64,000 bases of DNA, from positions 16,356 through 80,355 of the forward strand of contig CAZLFP010000002.1 in NCBI GenBank assembly GCA_964558935.1, written 5' to 3'. This DNA is from an uncultured Gammaproteobacteria bacterium (lineage in GTDB: Bacteria > Patescibacteriota > Patescibacteriia > 2-01-FULL-39-33). Positions 40,829-51,063 of the stretch are shown piece by piece. The position numbers and the translations under genes are program-made. The stretch's first letter is position 1, and each line of letters begins with the position of its first letter. A model generated the notes under the pieces. The model was not told where the DNA came from. It did no database searches and worked only from the letters and a program-made list of their open reading frames with translations.

Positions 40829-42083
40829 AACTAAACAATTCGATAACGGAGTTAGATTAATCACTGCTCCTTTGTCTGAAACCAAAACAGCGACTTTGTT
40901 GGCTTTGGTTAAAACCGGTTCGCGTTGCGAGTCAGTGGATAATAACGGTGTTTCCCATTTCATTGAGCACATGATGTTTAAGGGAACCAAGAAGCGGCCG
41001 ACAGCATTGGATCTGACCAAAGCTTTGGATGGCGTCGGAGCGGAATTCAATGCTTTTACCGGCAAAGATTATACCGGTTACTATGTTAAAGCGGATACTA
41101 AACATTTGGATTTAGCCATTGATGTGTTATCTGACATGTTGCTCAATTCCAAGTTTGAAACCAAAGAGATTAATCGTGAGAAAAAAGTGATCATTGAAGA
41201 AATTAACATGTATGAGGACAATCCGGTTATGTACGTGGAAGACTTATTGGAGCAGACCATGTTCGACAAAAAACCGCTGGGCTATTTCATTGCCGGTCGT
41301 CGCGAAAGTGTTTTTCATCTTGATCGGTCAAAATTGGTCAGCTACCGTGACCAATACTATACTGGTCCGCAAACTGTAATTACTTTAGCCGGTAAGTTTG
41401 CAGACAGTCATATCAGTCAAATTGAGAAGAAATTCAAGTTCAGCCACAGTGGTCAGCCAACGACTTTTGATAAATACAAATTCAACCAGAAAAAACCCCA
41501 GGTCAAGATTAAATACAAAGATACGGAACAAACACAAATTGCTTTGGGCTTTCCCGCCTATGCCTACACCAACAAAAAAATCTATCCTTTAACTGTTTTG
41601 TCCGTTATTTTAGGGGGTAATATGAGTTCCAGATTGTTCATGAATGTCAGAGAAAAAAAGGGCTGGGCCTATTTTGTCCATTCTGATTTGAATATCTATG
41701 AAGATATTGGTAGTTTGGTTATACAAGCCGGTTTGGATAAATTAAGATTAGAACAGGCCCTGTCTTTAATTGTTTGTGAATTGCAAAAAATCATTAAAGG
41801 TGTAACCGGCGAAGAGTTGACTAGGGCTAAAGAATATTTGGCCGGCCGAACCGCTTTAAGCCTAGAAGACACTTCCAGATTGGCTCAATGGTATGGTAAG
41901 CAAGAATTGTTGACCAACCAGATTCTAACTCCGGAACGCAAAATCAAGAAGATTATGGCGGTAACCGGCAGTCAGGTTAAACAGGTGGCTAAAGAAGTGA
42001 TTAATTTCAACAAGGCGAGTTTAGCCATTATTGGACCTTACACCAATCGTCAACCTTTCAGGGATATTTTAAAAGTTAAATAG
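40821..42083 (+). CDS. M16 family zinc peptidase
   Basis: GVSHFIEHMMFKGT, NAFT, GGNMSSRLF. Confidence 0.93.
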   Translation: MYKTKQFDNGVRLITAPLSETKTATLLALVKTGSRCESVDNNGVSHFIEHMMFKGTKKRPTALDLTKALDGVGAEFNAFTGKDYTGYYVKADTKHLDLAIDVLSDMLLNSKFETKEINREKKVIIEEINMYEDNPVMYVEDLLEQTMFDKKPLGYFIAGRRESVFHLDRSKLVSYRDQYYTGPQTVITLAGKFADSHISQIEKKFKFSHSGQPTTFDKYKFNQKKPQVKIKYKDTEQTQIALGFPAYAYTNKKIYPLTVLSVILGGNMSSRLFMNVREKKGWAYFVHSDLNIYEDIGSLVIQAGLDKLRLEQALSLIVCELQKIIKGVTGEELTRAKEYLAGRTALSLEDTSRLAQWYGKQELLTNQILTPERKIKKIMAVTGSQVKQVAKEVINFNKASLAIIGPYTNRQPFRDILKVK

Positions 42084-42084
42084 T

Positions 42085-43371
42085 ATGAAAATTGGAATAG
42101 ATTGCCGTACAATTTTAGATCCAGGTCGGGGAGAACAGGCTGGTATTGGTCACTACACCCATTATTTAATTAAAAATTTAATTAAATTGGACTCGACCAA
42201 CCAGTACGTACTTTTTTTTGACAGTCGTTACCAAAAAACCAAGCAGTACCAAGCTCCTAACGTTAAGATTAAATATTTTCCTTTCTACCAATACAAAACC
42301 TATTTGCCCATTACCTATTCACAAATGCTAATGAGCGCTTTTTTGGGACAAGAAAAGTTGGATGTTTACCATTCACCGGCCAATACCCTACCCCTGCCAT
42401 ACAACCGTCCCTCCGTCATAACCATCCATAATTTGGCTGTCTACAAGTACCCCAAGTTTTTCCCCGCCCAATTGTTGAGTCGAGAAGGTTTTTCCAATAA
42501 GATTTTGTTGCCACAATCGCTGAAAAAAGCTCACAAGATTATTGCCAATTCCAAAAGCACCAAAAAGGATATTATTGAAGAATTCGGTATCGAAGAGGAC
42601 AAGATTGAAGTGGTATACCTTGGAGTCTTAAAGGCTGGTCAAAGAGAAGAGGTGGACTTTGAAGCTGTTAAGGCTAAATATGGTTTGGGAAATAAATATT
42701 TTTTGTTTTTGGGTACAATTGAACCAAGAAAAAACTTAGTCACCTTAGTCAAAGCTTTTCGCAATTTAAAGATGGAATATGACACCCCGGCTCAGGACTG
42801 CCAGCTGGTTTTAGCCGGTGCTCCCGGTTGGAAAGACAAGCCAGTTTACCAAGAAATTACCAATGCCAATGCCGCCATTATTGGTTCAGACAACAAGCGA
42901 AGTGGCAGAGAAAGAAGATCCGGCTTCGATACCCGCAGTGACAAGCAAAAACAAAAACAAGGTGAAAGAAGAAAAACCGGAGACAGAAGAAACAACCAAC
43001 CGGTTAAGCATATTGGCTATGTCACTCACCAGGAAAAGATCGCTTTGCTTAAAAATGCAGTTGGCTTTGTTTTTCCCAGTTGGTATGAAGGATTTGGACT
43101 CCCGATAATCGAAGCTATGAGTTTTGGCATTCCGGTTATTACTTCCAACCTAAGTTCCATGCCAGAGGTTGTTGGTGAAAAGAATGCCCTTCTGGTCAAT
43201 CCCGGCAAAGAATCCGACATAGTCGATGCCATGACGCAAATTTTAACAGACGAAGGACTAAGGGAAGAATTAAGTATTAATGGCGTTAAAAGAGCGGGCG
43301 ATTTTACTTGGGATAAATGCGCGGAGCGCACTTTAAAAGTTTACCAGCAAGTTTACCAGGGTACAAAATAA
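42085..43371 (+). CDS. GT4 family glycosyltransferase with Arg-rich insertion
   Basis: GTIEPRKN, FPSWYEGFGLPIIEAM. Confidence 0.92.
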   Translation: MKIGIDCRTILDPGRGEQAGIGHYTHYLIKNLIKLDSTNQYVLFFDSRYQKTKQYQAPNVKIKYFPFYQYKTYLPITYSQMLMSAFLGQEKLDVYHSPANTLPLPYNRPSVITIHNLAVYKYPKFFPAQLLSREGFSNKILLPQSLKKAHKIIANSKSTKKDIIEEFGIEEDKIEVVYLGVLKAGQREEVDFEAVKAKYGLGNKYFLFLGTIEPRKNLVTLVKAFRNLKMEYDTPAQDCQLVLAGAPGWKDKPVYQEITNANAAIIGSDNKRSGRERRSGFDTRSDKQKQKQGERRKTGDRRNNQPVKHIGYVTHQEKIALLKNAVGFVFPSWYEGFGLPIIEAMSFGIPVITSNLSSMPEVVGEKNALLVNPGKESDIVDAMTQILTDEGLREELSINGVKRAGDFTWDKCAERTLKVYQQVYQGTK

Positions 43372-43407
43372 GCAGAGAGAATAAAACTCGGAACTGATCC
43401 GAGTTTT

Positions 43408-43896
43408 TTAGATGAAGGAAATAATGGAAGTTAGAAAGATTAAGATGGCAATTTGCAGTATGATGCCAATTTTAATTGGCATAGTGTATTTAATTCTTTG
43501 AGTTATGCAACGATGGATTTTGGAATGCAGTAGATAGAACCATTCCAAAGCTTTAATGTTTTTTATTTTGTAAATGGCGACCAACAGATCCGGCAAAATA
43601 GCTCCAATGATAGCCAGATTAACCGGGTCGTTTTGGGCAAAAGGATACGTTTTAAAAATAAAGATCAGATAGAGAGCCAAAACCACAGCATCCACTGAAC
43701 CGTATAAAGCCATCAGACGTTCTTTGGCAATATCATTGACTTTGATGCCAAAGAATTTTTTTTCCAATATTTCATCTCCATGTGGAATAATATCCAACAA
43801 GAAGTGAGATAGAAAGGCCAAAACAAAGGCCCAAACACGATGATTAATTTTTTTGCCAATAATGGCTCCGGCGGCCGCATGTATGGTAATAAACAT
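43408..43896 (-). CDS. Membrane protein, YdjM-like metal-dependent hydrolase
   Basis: H...G, SHFLLDIIPH, LPD motifs. Confidence 0.6.
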   Translation of the reverse strand: MFITIHAAAGAIIGKKINHRVWAFVLAFLSHFLLDIIPHGDEILEKKFFGIKVNDIAKERLMALYGSVDAVVLALYLIFIFKTYPFAQNDPVNLAIIGAILPDLLVAIYKIKNIKALEWFYLLHSKIHRCITQRIKYTMPIKIGIILQIAILIFLTSIISFI

Positions 43897-43985
43897 AAGC
43901 TAAATAATACCTTTTTCTGATTATATCAAGCTTTCTTAAATAAAAAAAGGGTGTTGTTGTCTTGACAATAACACCCTAAAATGGG

Positions 43986-44642
43986 TTAGCTTTGAGGCTG
44001 TTTAGTCTTCTTTTCCTCCAGGAATTGGCGTCCCTTGCCCACATCCGTGTTGACCGGAGTGTTTGTCTGACACAGCGGGCACTCATCTGCCGACCAGCTC
44101 TTGATCTCTTGCTGAACCAAGCTGACAATCTTGGGCGGCTCGCCAACTTGTTCGTAGCCGGTTACATCCCGCTCCCAGAGTAGAGCCAGACCGGTAATGA
44201 TACCACCATGCTGTCTGCCCAGTTCCACCACTTGCTTGGCAGATTTGCCGGTAGTCATGATATCTTCCACCACCAGGATTCTCTGGTCTTTGATCCACTG
44301 GTCGTAACCGCGACGGATTTCAAAGCCACCTTCCTGATTCTTCTCAGCGTAGATCGCTTTGACTTGTCGTCCCGTAATCAGGGACAGATGCAGGGCAACA
44401 TACTGAGCCAGAATAATGCCACCCAAGGCCGGTCCCAAAACCGTGTTAATCTTGTCAGTGGCAAATTCCCAAGCCAGCAGACTGCACATGCCTGAGATAA
44501 CTCCGGGATCGGTGTAGACCGCATCCTTGTTAACATAGGTGTCACTGTGACGACCTGAGTTTAGGACAAAGTGACCTTGTCGCAAAGCTCCGGCTCGCTT
44601 GAAAAGATCCTTGATCTGTTCATGTGCTTGATGTCCCGGCAT
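43986..44642 (-). CDS. pyrE: Orotate phosphoribosyltransferase
   Basis: GHFVLNSGRHS, VVEDIMTTGKS PRPP loop; downstream of pyrF. Confidence 0.88.
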   Translation of the reverse strand: MPGHQAHEQIKDLFKRAGALRQGHFVLNSGRHSDTYVNKDAVYTDPGVISGMCSLLAWEFATDKINTVLGPALGGIILAQYVALHLSLITGRQVKAIYAEKNQEGGFEIRRGYDQWIKDQRILVVEDIMTTGKSAKQVVELGRQHGGIITGLALLWERDVTGYEQVGEPPKIVSLVQQEIKSWSADECPLCQTNTPVNTDVGKGRQFLEEKKTKQPQS

Positions 44643-44644
44643 GA

Positions 44645-45382
44645 TTATTCTCCTCGTCCTGCCTGTGAGATTTCTTCGGCAATGCGTTTGGCCGCTTCCA
44701 CCGGTGAACCCATTTCCTCCGGCGGTTGGGTAATGGGTCGTCCAATGACCAAGTAATCTGCTCCGTCTTCAATCGCTTGCTCGGGAGTGGTGATTCTCTG
44801 CTGGTCATTGGAAGCTGCCCACTTGGGACGGATGCCCGGGGTAATGAATTCCAATTCCTGCAATTCCAGTTGCTGTCTAAGGAGTTTCAGTTCCTGCGGT
44901 GAACAGATAATGCCGTCACAACAGGCCGAGTCAGCATCGCGTGCCAACTGTAAAACCTTGGCCTTGCTGGGCGCTCCGAATATGAGGTGAGCCTGGTTTT
45001 CTTCCAGTGAAGTCAGGACCGTAACAGCCCAGATAAAGGTTGATTCTTGGAGCAACTTTGCGGTCTCGCTCGCTTGAACTGCTTGTTGCATAGCTTTGAT
45101 ACCGCAGGACGCATGGACATTTAAGGCATAGACGCCCAAATCAATTGCAGCTTGGGTAGCCGCTTTAACCGTATTGGGAATGTCACAGAACTTGCCGTCA
45201 TAGAAAACCTTGCCTCCGAGCTGGTGAACAGTTTCAACAACTTGAGGCGCTCCAAATTTGGTAATGGCTTCCAAGCCGATCTTGAACAGCCCGACCTGGT
45301 CATGTAATTGTTCGACCAGCTTTTTGAGCTGATCCAAATCGCTGACATCCAGAGCTACAATAATTCTGTCTTTGGGTTGCAT
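44645..45382 (-). CDS. pyrF: Orotidine-5'-phosphate decarboxylase
   Basis: IVALD, DGKFCDIPNT, VTVLTS, TPGIRP, VIGRPI. Confidence 0.96.
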   Translation of the reverse strand: MQPKDRIIVALDVSDLDQLKKLVEQLHDQVGLFKIGLEAITKFGAPQVVETVHQLGGKVFYDGKFCDIPNTVKAATQAAIDLGVYALNVHASCGIKAMQQAVQASETAKLLQESTFIWAVTVLTSLEENQAHLIFGAPSKAKVLQLARDADSACCDGIICSPQELKLLRQQLELQELEFITPGIRPKWAASNDQQRITTPEQAIEDGADYLVIGRPITQPPEEMGSPVEAAKRIAEEISQAGRGE

Positions 45383-45472
45383 GTTTCCCTCCTAAGGTTG
45401 GGTTAAAAAGAACACCGAGCCTTACATAGCTCAATATGAGAGTTTAGATTAGTTTAGAGAAAAAGTCAAGAC

Positions 45473-45820
45473 TTAAGACTTAAGATAATCTTTCTTGTAT
45501 TTTACTATTAGAATCAGAATTAGAAGATCTGTTATGAGAGATATAATATCTATTGCTCCAACTTCATCTGTAACGGTTAGAATAATGTTGCCAAAGATAA
45601 AGAGTAAAGTCAGCCAAAGAATTATTTTTTTTGTATTCCATAGCAATCCCAGAACAAAGTAGATAATTGAATTTATAAGCAGTAGTAGAGCAACTACATA
45701 AAAACTAGCTTTGGAATTAGGACTAGCTTGATAGAAAAAATAAAAAAAAGAAAGCCCCAGCCAAATTAGAGACTTTAGATAAAGTAGATATTGTATATTT
45801 CCAAAATTCAATATCTTCAT
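45473..45820 (-). CDS. AT-rich small membrane protein
   Basis: Four hydrophobic helices; ATG 3 nt after tRNA-Leu discriminator. Confidence 0.6.
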   Translation of the reverse strand: MKILNFGNIQYLLYLKSLIWLGLSFFYFFYQASPNSKASFYVVALLLLINSIIYFVLGLLWNTKKIILWLTLLFIFGNIILTVTDEVGAIDIISLITDLLILILIVKYKKDYLKS

Positions 45821-45823
45821 GTG

Positions 45824-45905
45824 TGCCGAAGGAGGGAGTCGAACCCTCACACCCGAAGGTACACGATTTTGAGTCGTGCGTGTCTACCAGTTCCACCACT
45901 TCGGC
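45824..45905 (-). tRNA. tRNA-Leu(CAA)
   Basis: Cloverleaf with long variable arm, anticodon CAA. Confidence 0.95.
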
Positions 45906-45911
45906 TAATGT

Positions 45912-45986
<75 letters not shown>

Positions 45987-45994
45987 CTGTCTTG

Positions 45995-46067
45995 TTGCGG
46001 GGGCCGGACTCGAACCGGCGACCTGCGGGTTATGGGCCCGCCGAGCTGCCAACTGCTCTACCCCGCG
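45995..46067 (-). tRNA. Initiator tRNA-fMet(CAT)
   Basis: C1:A72 mismatch, three G-C pairs in anticodon stem. Confidence 0.95.
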
Positions 46068-46178
46068 TCACTAGTGATTAGTATTGTAGCATAAATAGTA
46101 ATTTTTGGCAATATTTAGTTCTTTTTTATTTATACCCAATGCATCTTTCACCTATATGTGGTATAATATAAACAAATT

Positions 46179-46943
46179 ATGGGACAAATCATTTCGGTTG
46201 TAAATCAAAAAGGTGGAGTCGGAAAGACCACCACATCGGTCAATCTGGCAGCTTATTTAAGCTTGCTGGGTAAATTTGTGTTGCTCATAGATTTAGATCC
46301 TCAAGCCAATGCCACTTCTAATTTAGGAATTTCCAAAGAACTGGATAAAGGCGTGTATGAAGTCTTAACCGGTCCTTATTCTTTTAGAGAAGTAGTTTTA
46401 GATACCAAGCATGATTTTTACAAACTGGTGCCTTCCACCACCTCTTTGGCCGGAGCCAATGTGGAGTTTGTAAACTTAGATCGAAGAGAGTTTAGATTAT
46501 ATGACAATCTGTTGGAAATTAAAAACGATTACGATTACATCATTATTGACTGTCCTCCTTCGTTGGGACTTTTAACCATTAACGGGTTGGTGGCTTCTGA
46601 CCAGATTTTAATCCCGGTGCAAGCTGAATATTTCGCCTTGGAAGGCTTGGGCCAGCTCATGAACACAATTGGTTTAATCCAAAAACACATTAAACCGGAA
46701 TTGGACGTGATGGGGGCGGTCTTAACCATGTATGATTCCCGTTACAGATTGGCCAATGATGTCTTACAGGAATTGTACAGATATTTCCCGAATAAAATTT
46801 TTAGATCCGTCATTCCCAGAACCGTTAGACTGTCTGAAGCACCATCTCATGGTAAAACCATCTTAGAGTACGATCCTCAGGGTAAAGGGGCTAAAGCTTA
46901 TGAAAGATTAGCCAGAGAAGTATTATATAATCATAATTATTAA
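46179..46943 (+). CDS. parA: ParA/Soj ATPase
   Basis: NQKGGVGKTT, DLDPQAN, DCPPSLG, EAPSHG. Confidence 0.96.
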   Translation: MGQIISVVNQKGGVGKTTTSVNLAAYLSLLGKFVLLIDLDPQANATSNLGISKELDKGVYEVLTGPYSFREVVLDTKHDFYKLVPSTTSLAGANVEFVNLDRREFRLYDNLLEIKNDYDYIIIDCPPSLGLLTINGLVASDQILIPVQAEYFALEGLGQLMNTIGLIQKHIKPELDVMGAVLTMYDSRYRLANDVLQELYRYFPNKIFRSVIPRTVRLSEAPSHGKTILEYDPQGKGAKAYERLAREVLYNHNY

Positions 46944-46947
46944 ACAT

Positions 46948-47826
46948 ATGGCAGGTTTAGGTCGAGGATTAGATTCCTTAATACCCAATAAAAAAATAAC
47001 TCCCTCCAACTTAGATAAAGAGATAGACAGTTCTTTAAAGACTTTAACCGGACAAGCCAATGAGCAAGTTCAGGAGATCGAGGTTGGTAAAATTGTACCC
47101 AATCCTCATCAACCGAGATCGGATTTTGACCAAAAAGAATTAGATGAACTCACAGAGTCAATTAAGATTCATGGCGTACTTCAGCCATTAATCGTGACTC
47201 AAGTTGAAGATCAATACCAAATTATTGCGGGAGAGCGAAGGTATCGGGCGGCCAAGTCAGCCGGTCTGAAAAAGGTACCATGTATTGTTAGAGATGTAGA
47301 TGAGCAAAAGAAATTTGAATTGGCTTTAATTGAGAATGTGCAGAGACAAAATTTAAATGCGGTCGAAACCGCCATTGCTTACAAAAAGCTGATGGATGAT
47401 TTTAATCTGTCTCAAGCTGAATTGGCTAAGCAAATTGGCAAAAGCCGAGTCGCTATTACCAACACTTTAAGAATCTTGAAATCTCCGGATGAAGTTAAAC
47501 AGGCGATGATTAAAGGCAAGATCAGCGAAGGTCACGCCAGAGTGATTGTTTCTTTGCCGGAAGAAGATCAGTTAAATATTTTAAATCAGATAATCTCCAA
47601 CAAAATGAGTGTTAGGGATACGGAGAAAGAAACCAAGAAAGTGATGTTGGCAAAAAAGATCGGCAAGGCTAAGATAGATCCGGAAGTGATGGCTAAAGAA
47701 GATAAACTGGAAAAATATTTGGAAGCCAAGGTTAATATTATTAAATCCGGAGGGCGGGGTAAGATAGTTATTACCTTTCATACCGATGAAGAGTTAAATG
47801 ATGTCTTAAATAAGATATTTAAGTAG
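46948..47826 (+). CDS. parB: ParB/Spo0J partition protein
   Basis: GLGRGL, NPHQPR, AGERRYRA, LIENVQR. Confidence 0.96.
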   Translation: MAGLGRGLDSLIPNKKITPSNLDKEIDSSLKTLTGQANEQVQEIEVGKIVPNPHQPRSDFDQKELDELTESIKIHGVLQPLIVTQVEDQYQIIAGERRYRAAKSAGLKKVPCIVRDVDEQKKFELALIENVQRQNLNAVETAIAYKKLMDDFNLSQAELAKQIGKSRVAITNTLRILKSPDEVKQAMIKGKISEGHARVIVSLPEEDQLNILNQIISNKMSVRDTEKETKKVMLAKKIGKAKIDPEVMAKEDKLEKYLEAKVNIIKSGGRGKIVITFHTDEELNDVLNKIFK

Positions 47827-47887
47827 TTGATATATCTGTAAAGAGCAAAAAAGGAGTGTCTGACTACACTCCTTTTTAGTCTGTCAA

Positions 47888-50074
47888 TTATTGACACTCC
47901 CGATTACTACACTTAGATCCGTTTTTCGTTTCAGTCATGGGATAACCGCATTTATCACACTTATCTCCGGTTGGTTTACCCCAAAAAGCAAAGTCACAAT
48001 TTGGGTACTGGTCACAGCCGTAAAATATTCCTTTGCGACTTCTCTTGGTTGCAATTTTACCCTTGCCGCACTTCGGACAATCCAGGTTCAAATCCTGAGC
48101 TTGTTCTTTTTTAATGTATTTGCATTTGGGATAATTGGAACAGCCCACAAAAGCTCCATATCTGCCATGTCTTTCAACCAAGTCAGATCCACAGTCAGGA
48201 CACTTCTCATCTATTTTTTTAGGTGGTTCTTTTTCTCCGTTATCTCCAATGTTAATGGTATTCTTGCAGTCCGGATAATTGGAACAAGCCAGGAACTTGC
48301 CAAACCTGCCCATTTTAATTACCATCTCAGCTCCGCATTTATCACACTTTTCATCTGTTTTTTCTTCAGTTAAGTCTTTCTTATTTAATTCTTGGTCTTT
48401 GGTCATAAGATTTTTGTTAAAAGGTGTATAAAAGTCTTTGATGACGGGTTGCCACTTTCTTGTGCCTTCTTCAATCTTATCCAAGTCGTCTTCCATTTCA
48501 GCCGTGAAATCATAATCTACAATTTCCTTAAAGTGATCTACCAACAGATCATTAACCACAAAGGCAATGTCTGTGGGAGCTAATCTTTTTTGGTCATTTC
48601 TTTCCACATAGTTTCTGGCAATGATGGTGGCAATGGTGGGAGCATAGGTTGAAGGCCGGCCAATGCCTTTTTCTTCCAGAGCTTTGACCAGGGTAGCATC
48701 GCTGTATCTGGCCGGAGGTTGAGTGAATTTTTGTTGCGGATCTATTTTTAATAAATCCAATTTATCTTGACTTTCCAAATCCGGCAAAATTTCTTCTTTG
48801 GTGGAAGCCGGATAAATCTTAAGGAAACCATCGAATTTAATAATCTGACCGGTCATCTTAAATATGTATCGCTGTTTGTCATCCGTAATTTCCAACGAGC
48901 TGTTTTCCAATTCAGCCGGAGCCATTTGACAAGCAATCGCTCTTTGCCAGATTAATTGGTAGAGTTTAAATTGTCTGGGATCTAATTTAGATTCAATTTC
49001 TTGAGGTGTTCTTAAAGCAGAAGTTGGTCTAATCGCTTCATGCGCTTCTTGCGCACCTTTGGATTTGGCTTTATATACCTGAGCTTTATAGTATTTGTCG
49101 CCCAATTTATTATTTATGAAATCCTTGGCTTCATTTAGGAATTTGGCAGACAAATTCAAAGAGTCTGTTCTCATGTAGGTGATTAATCCAACAGAGTCTC
49201 CGTCTAATTCCACTCCCTCATATAACCGTTGGGCCAGCATCATGGTCTGTTTGGCGGAAAAACCCAATCTGCGGTTAGCTTCTTGTTGCAAAGTGGAAGT
49301 GGTGAAAGGCGGTAGCGGTTTTTTGGTGGTTTGTCTCTTGGTAATCTCTCCAACTTGGTATTGTTGCTTTTCAATATCTTTGACTAATTTGGTTGCTGCT
49401 TTTTCAGAACCGATGGCCAGTTTATCTAAAGTCTTGCCGTCTACTTTTCTCAGCTGAGCAGTAAATGGCTCAGACGTGTCATGTTTGAAATCCCCAAATA
49501 TTTCCCAGTATTCATCGCTTTTAAAAGCTTGAATTTCTCGTTCTTTTTCAACAATCAGTCTCACCGCAACTGACTGCACTCGACCGGCTGACAGGCCTCG
49601 GGCAATTTTTTTCCATAACAAAGGAGACAGTTTGTAGCCAACCAATCTGTCTAACACCCGTCTGGCTTGTTGTGAATCCACCACAGCCATGTTGATGTGG
49701 CGAGGATTGTCCAAAGCTTCCTTAATGGCTTCTTCGGTAATTTCATGAAAAGTGATTCTTTTGGTTTGGTCAACCGGTACTTTCAAGATATGCGCCAGAT
49801 GCCAAGCAATGGCTTCCCCTTCACGATCTTCATCAGTCGCGAAGTAGATGTCATCCGCCTTTTTAGCCAACTCTTTCAATTTGGCAACTTGTTTTTTGGA
49901 TTTGGCCGGAACGGTATAGCTGGGTTCAAAATTATTGTCGATATCCACTCCCAATTTGGATTTCGGCAAATCTCGGATATGGCCAAACGAGGATTCTACT
50001 TTGTAATCCCGGCCTAAAAATTTGGAAATAGTTTTTGCTTTGGTGGGAGACTCAACAATAACTAATTTAGACAT
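47888..50074 (-). CDS. topA: DNA topoisomerase I
   Basis: IVESPTKA, DEDREGE, SAGRVQS, ITYMRTD, C-terminal zinc ribbons. Confidence 0.98.
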   Translation of the reverse strand: MSKLVIVESPTKAKTISKFLGRDYKVESSFGHIRDLPKSKLGVDIDNNFEPSYTVPAKSKKQVAKLKELAKKADDIYFATDEDREGEAIAWHLAHILKVPVDQTKRITFHEITEEAIKEALDNPRHINMAVVDSQQARRVLDRLVGYKLSPLLWKKIARGLSAGRVQSVAVRLIVEKEREIQAFKSDEYWEIFGDFKHDTSEPFTAQLRKVDGKTLDKLAIGSEKAATKLVKDIEKQQYQVGEITKRQTTKKPLPPFTTSTLQQEANRRLGFSAKQTMMLAQRLYEGVELDGDSVGLITYMRTDSLNLSAKFLNEAKDFINNKLGDKYYKAQVYKAKSKGAQEAHEAIRPTSALRTPQEIESKLDPRQFKLYQLIWQRAIACQMAPAELENSSLEITDDKQRYIFKMTGQIIKFDGFLKIYPASTKEEILPDLESQDKLDLLKIDPQQKFTQPPARYSDATLVKALEEKGIGRPSTYAPTIATIIARNYVERNDQKRLAPTDIAFVVNDLLVDHFKEIVDYDFTAEMEDDLDKIEEGTRKWQPVIKDFYTPFNKNLMTKDQELNKKDLTEEKTDEKCDKCGAEMVIKMGRFGKFLACSNYPDCKNTINIGDNGEKEPPKKIDEKCPDCGSDLVERHGRYGAFVGCSNYPKCKYIKKEQAQDLNLDCPKCGKGKIATKRSRKGIFYGCDQYPNCDFAFWGKPTGDKCDKCGYPMTETKNGSKCSNRECQ

Positions 50075-50082
50075 ATACAACT

Positions 50083-51024
50083 TTATAGTTTAAAGACATT
50101 AGTTTTAATATTACAGGATTTGGCTGGTTTGTCAATGTTGGATTGTAAATTGAGTGTTTCCAGCACATCTTTTGGGTTTAATATCAGCTTGGCTCCCAAC
50201 TGGATTAAGCGGTTGGTACCTTGGTTTTGAGGATTAAAAATATTAGCCGGAATAGCCATAACTTCTCGGTTTTGTTCCAGGGCTTGGTAAGCCGTGATCA
50301 AAGAACCGGAACGCTCCGGAGCCTCAATGACCAGAGTGCCCAGGGCTAAACCGGAAATGACGCAATTTCTAATTGGAAAGGTGTAGATGCTGGCCGGTGT
50401 GAATAATGGAAATTGGGAGAGAACACAGCCTTGAGTCGCTAATATATGTTGCAGATAAGGTCGCTTGTTTTGACTGATTAAATCCGTACCTAAGACAGCC
50501 ACGGTCGGCTGATGATTCTGCCAACAGACCTGATGCGCGATAGTGTCAATGCCTTGGGCTAAACCGGATACAATGGTGATGTGATGTAAGCATAAGTCTT
50601 GAGTTATCTTGTGGGTGACTGACTGAGCATAACCTGATGGCTGGCGAGTGCCAACCACTGCCAAGGTTGGTTGTTGTAAACACTTTAAGTTGCCTTGGTA
50701 ATACAAGATCCAAGGCGGGTTTTTAATCTGCTTCAACAAGTAGGGATAATCTTGATCCAACCAGCTGGTAACTTGAATTCGGTAATGCTTCAGTTTAGCC
50801 AATTCTTGGTCCGGATCAATTCTCTTCTTGAGTCCTGCTAAAGTTTGAGCCAGCTCCGGCTTAAAGCCGGCTTTTAACCAGTCTGGATAACTGGCCTGCC
50901 AAGCGGCTTCCATGTCTCGCTGAAAGTGGCTTAAGATTCTTTGGAAGCGCAGGAAGGATATTTTACGACTGACTGAGAAGGCTATTAAATACTTAAGATT
51001 GGTGGTATTTTGACAGCTTGACAT
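50083..51024 (-). CDS. dprA: DNA-processing protein DprA
   Basis: AVVGTR, VSGLAQGID, FPIRN, SGSLITA. Confidence 0.95.
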   Translation of the reverse strand: MSSCQNTTNLKYLIAFSVSRKISFLRFQRILSHFQRDMEAAWQASYPDWLKAGFKPELAQTLAGLKKRIDPDQELAKLKHYRIQVTSWLDQDYPYLLKQIKNPPWILYYQGNLKCLQQPTLAVVGTRQPSGYAQSVTHKITQDLCLHHITIVSGLAQGIDTIAHQVCWQNHQPTVAVLGTDLISQNKRPYLQHILATQGCVLSQFPLFTPASIYTFPIRNCVISGLALGTLVIEAPERSGSLITAYQALEQNREVMAIPANIFNPQNQGTNRLIQLGAKLILNPKDVLETLNLQSNIDKPAKSCNIKTNVFKL

Positions 51025-51031
51025 ATGTGAC

Positions 51032-51060
51032 TTGACTTTTTAGGTAAAGGGTGTTAAACT
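51032..51060 (+). promoter_or_regulatory. Sigma70 promoter divergent from dprA
   Basis: TTGACT-17nt-TAAACT with TG at extended -10. Confidence 0.7.
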
Positions 51061-51063
51061 TAG

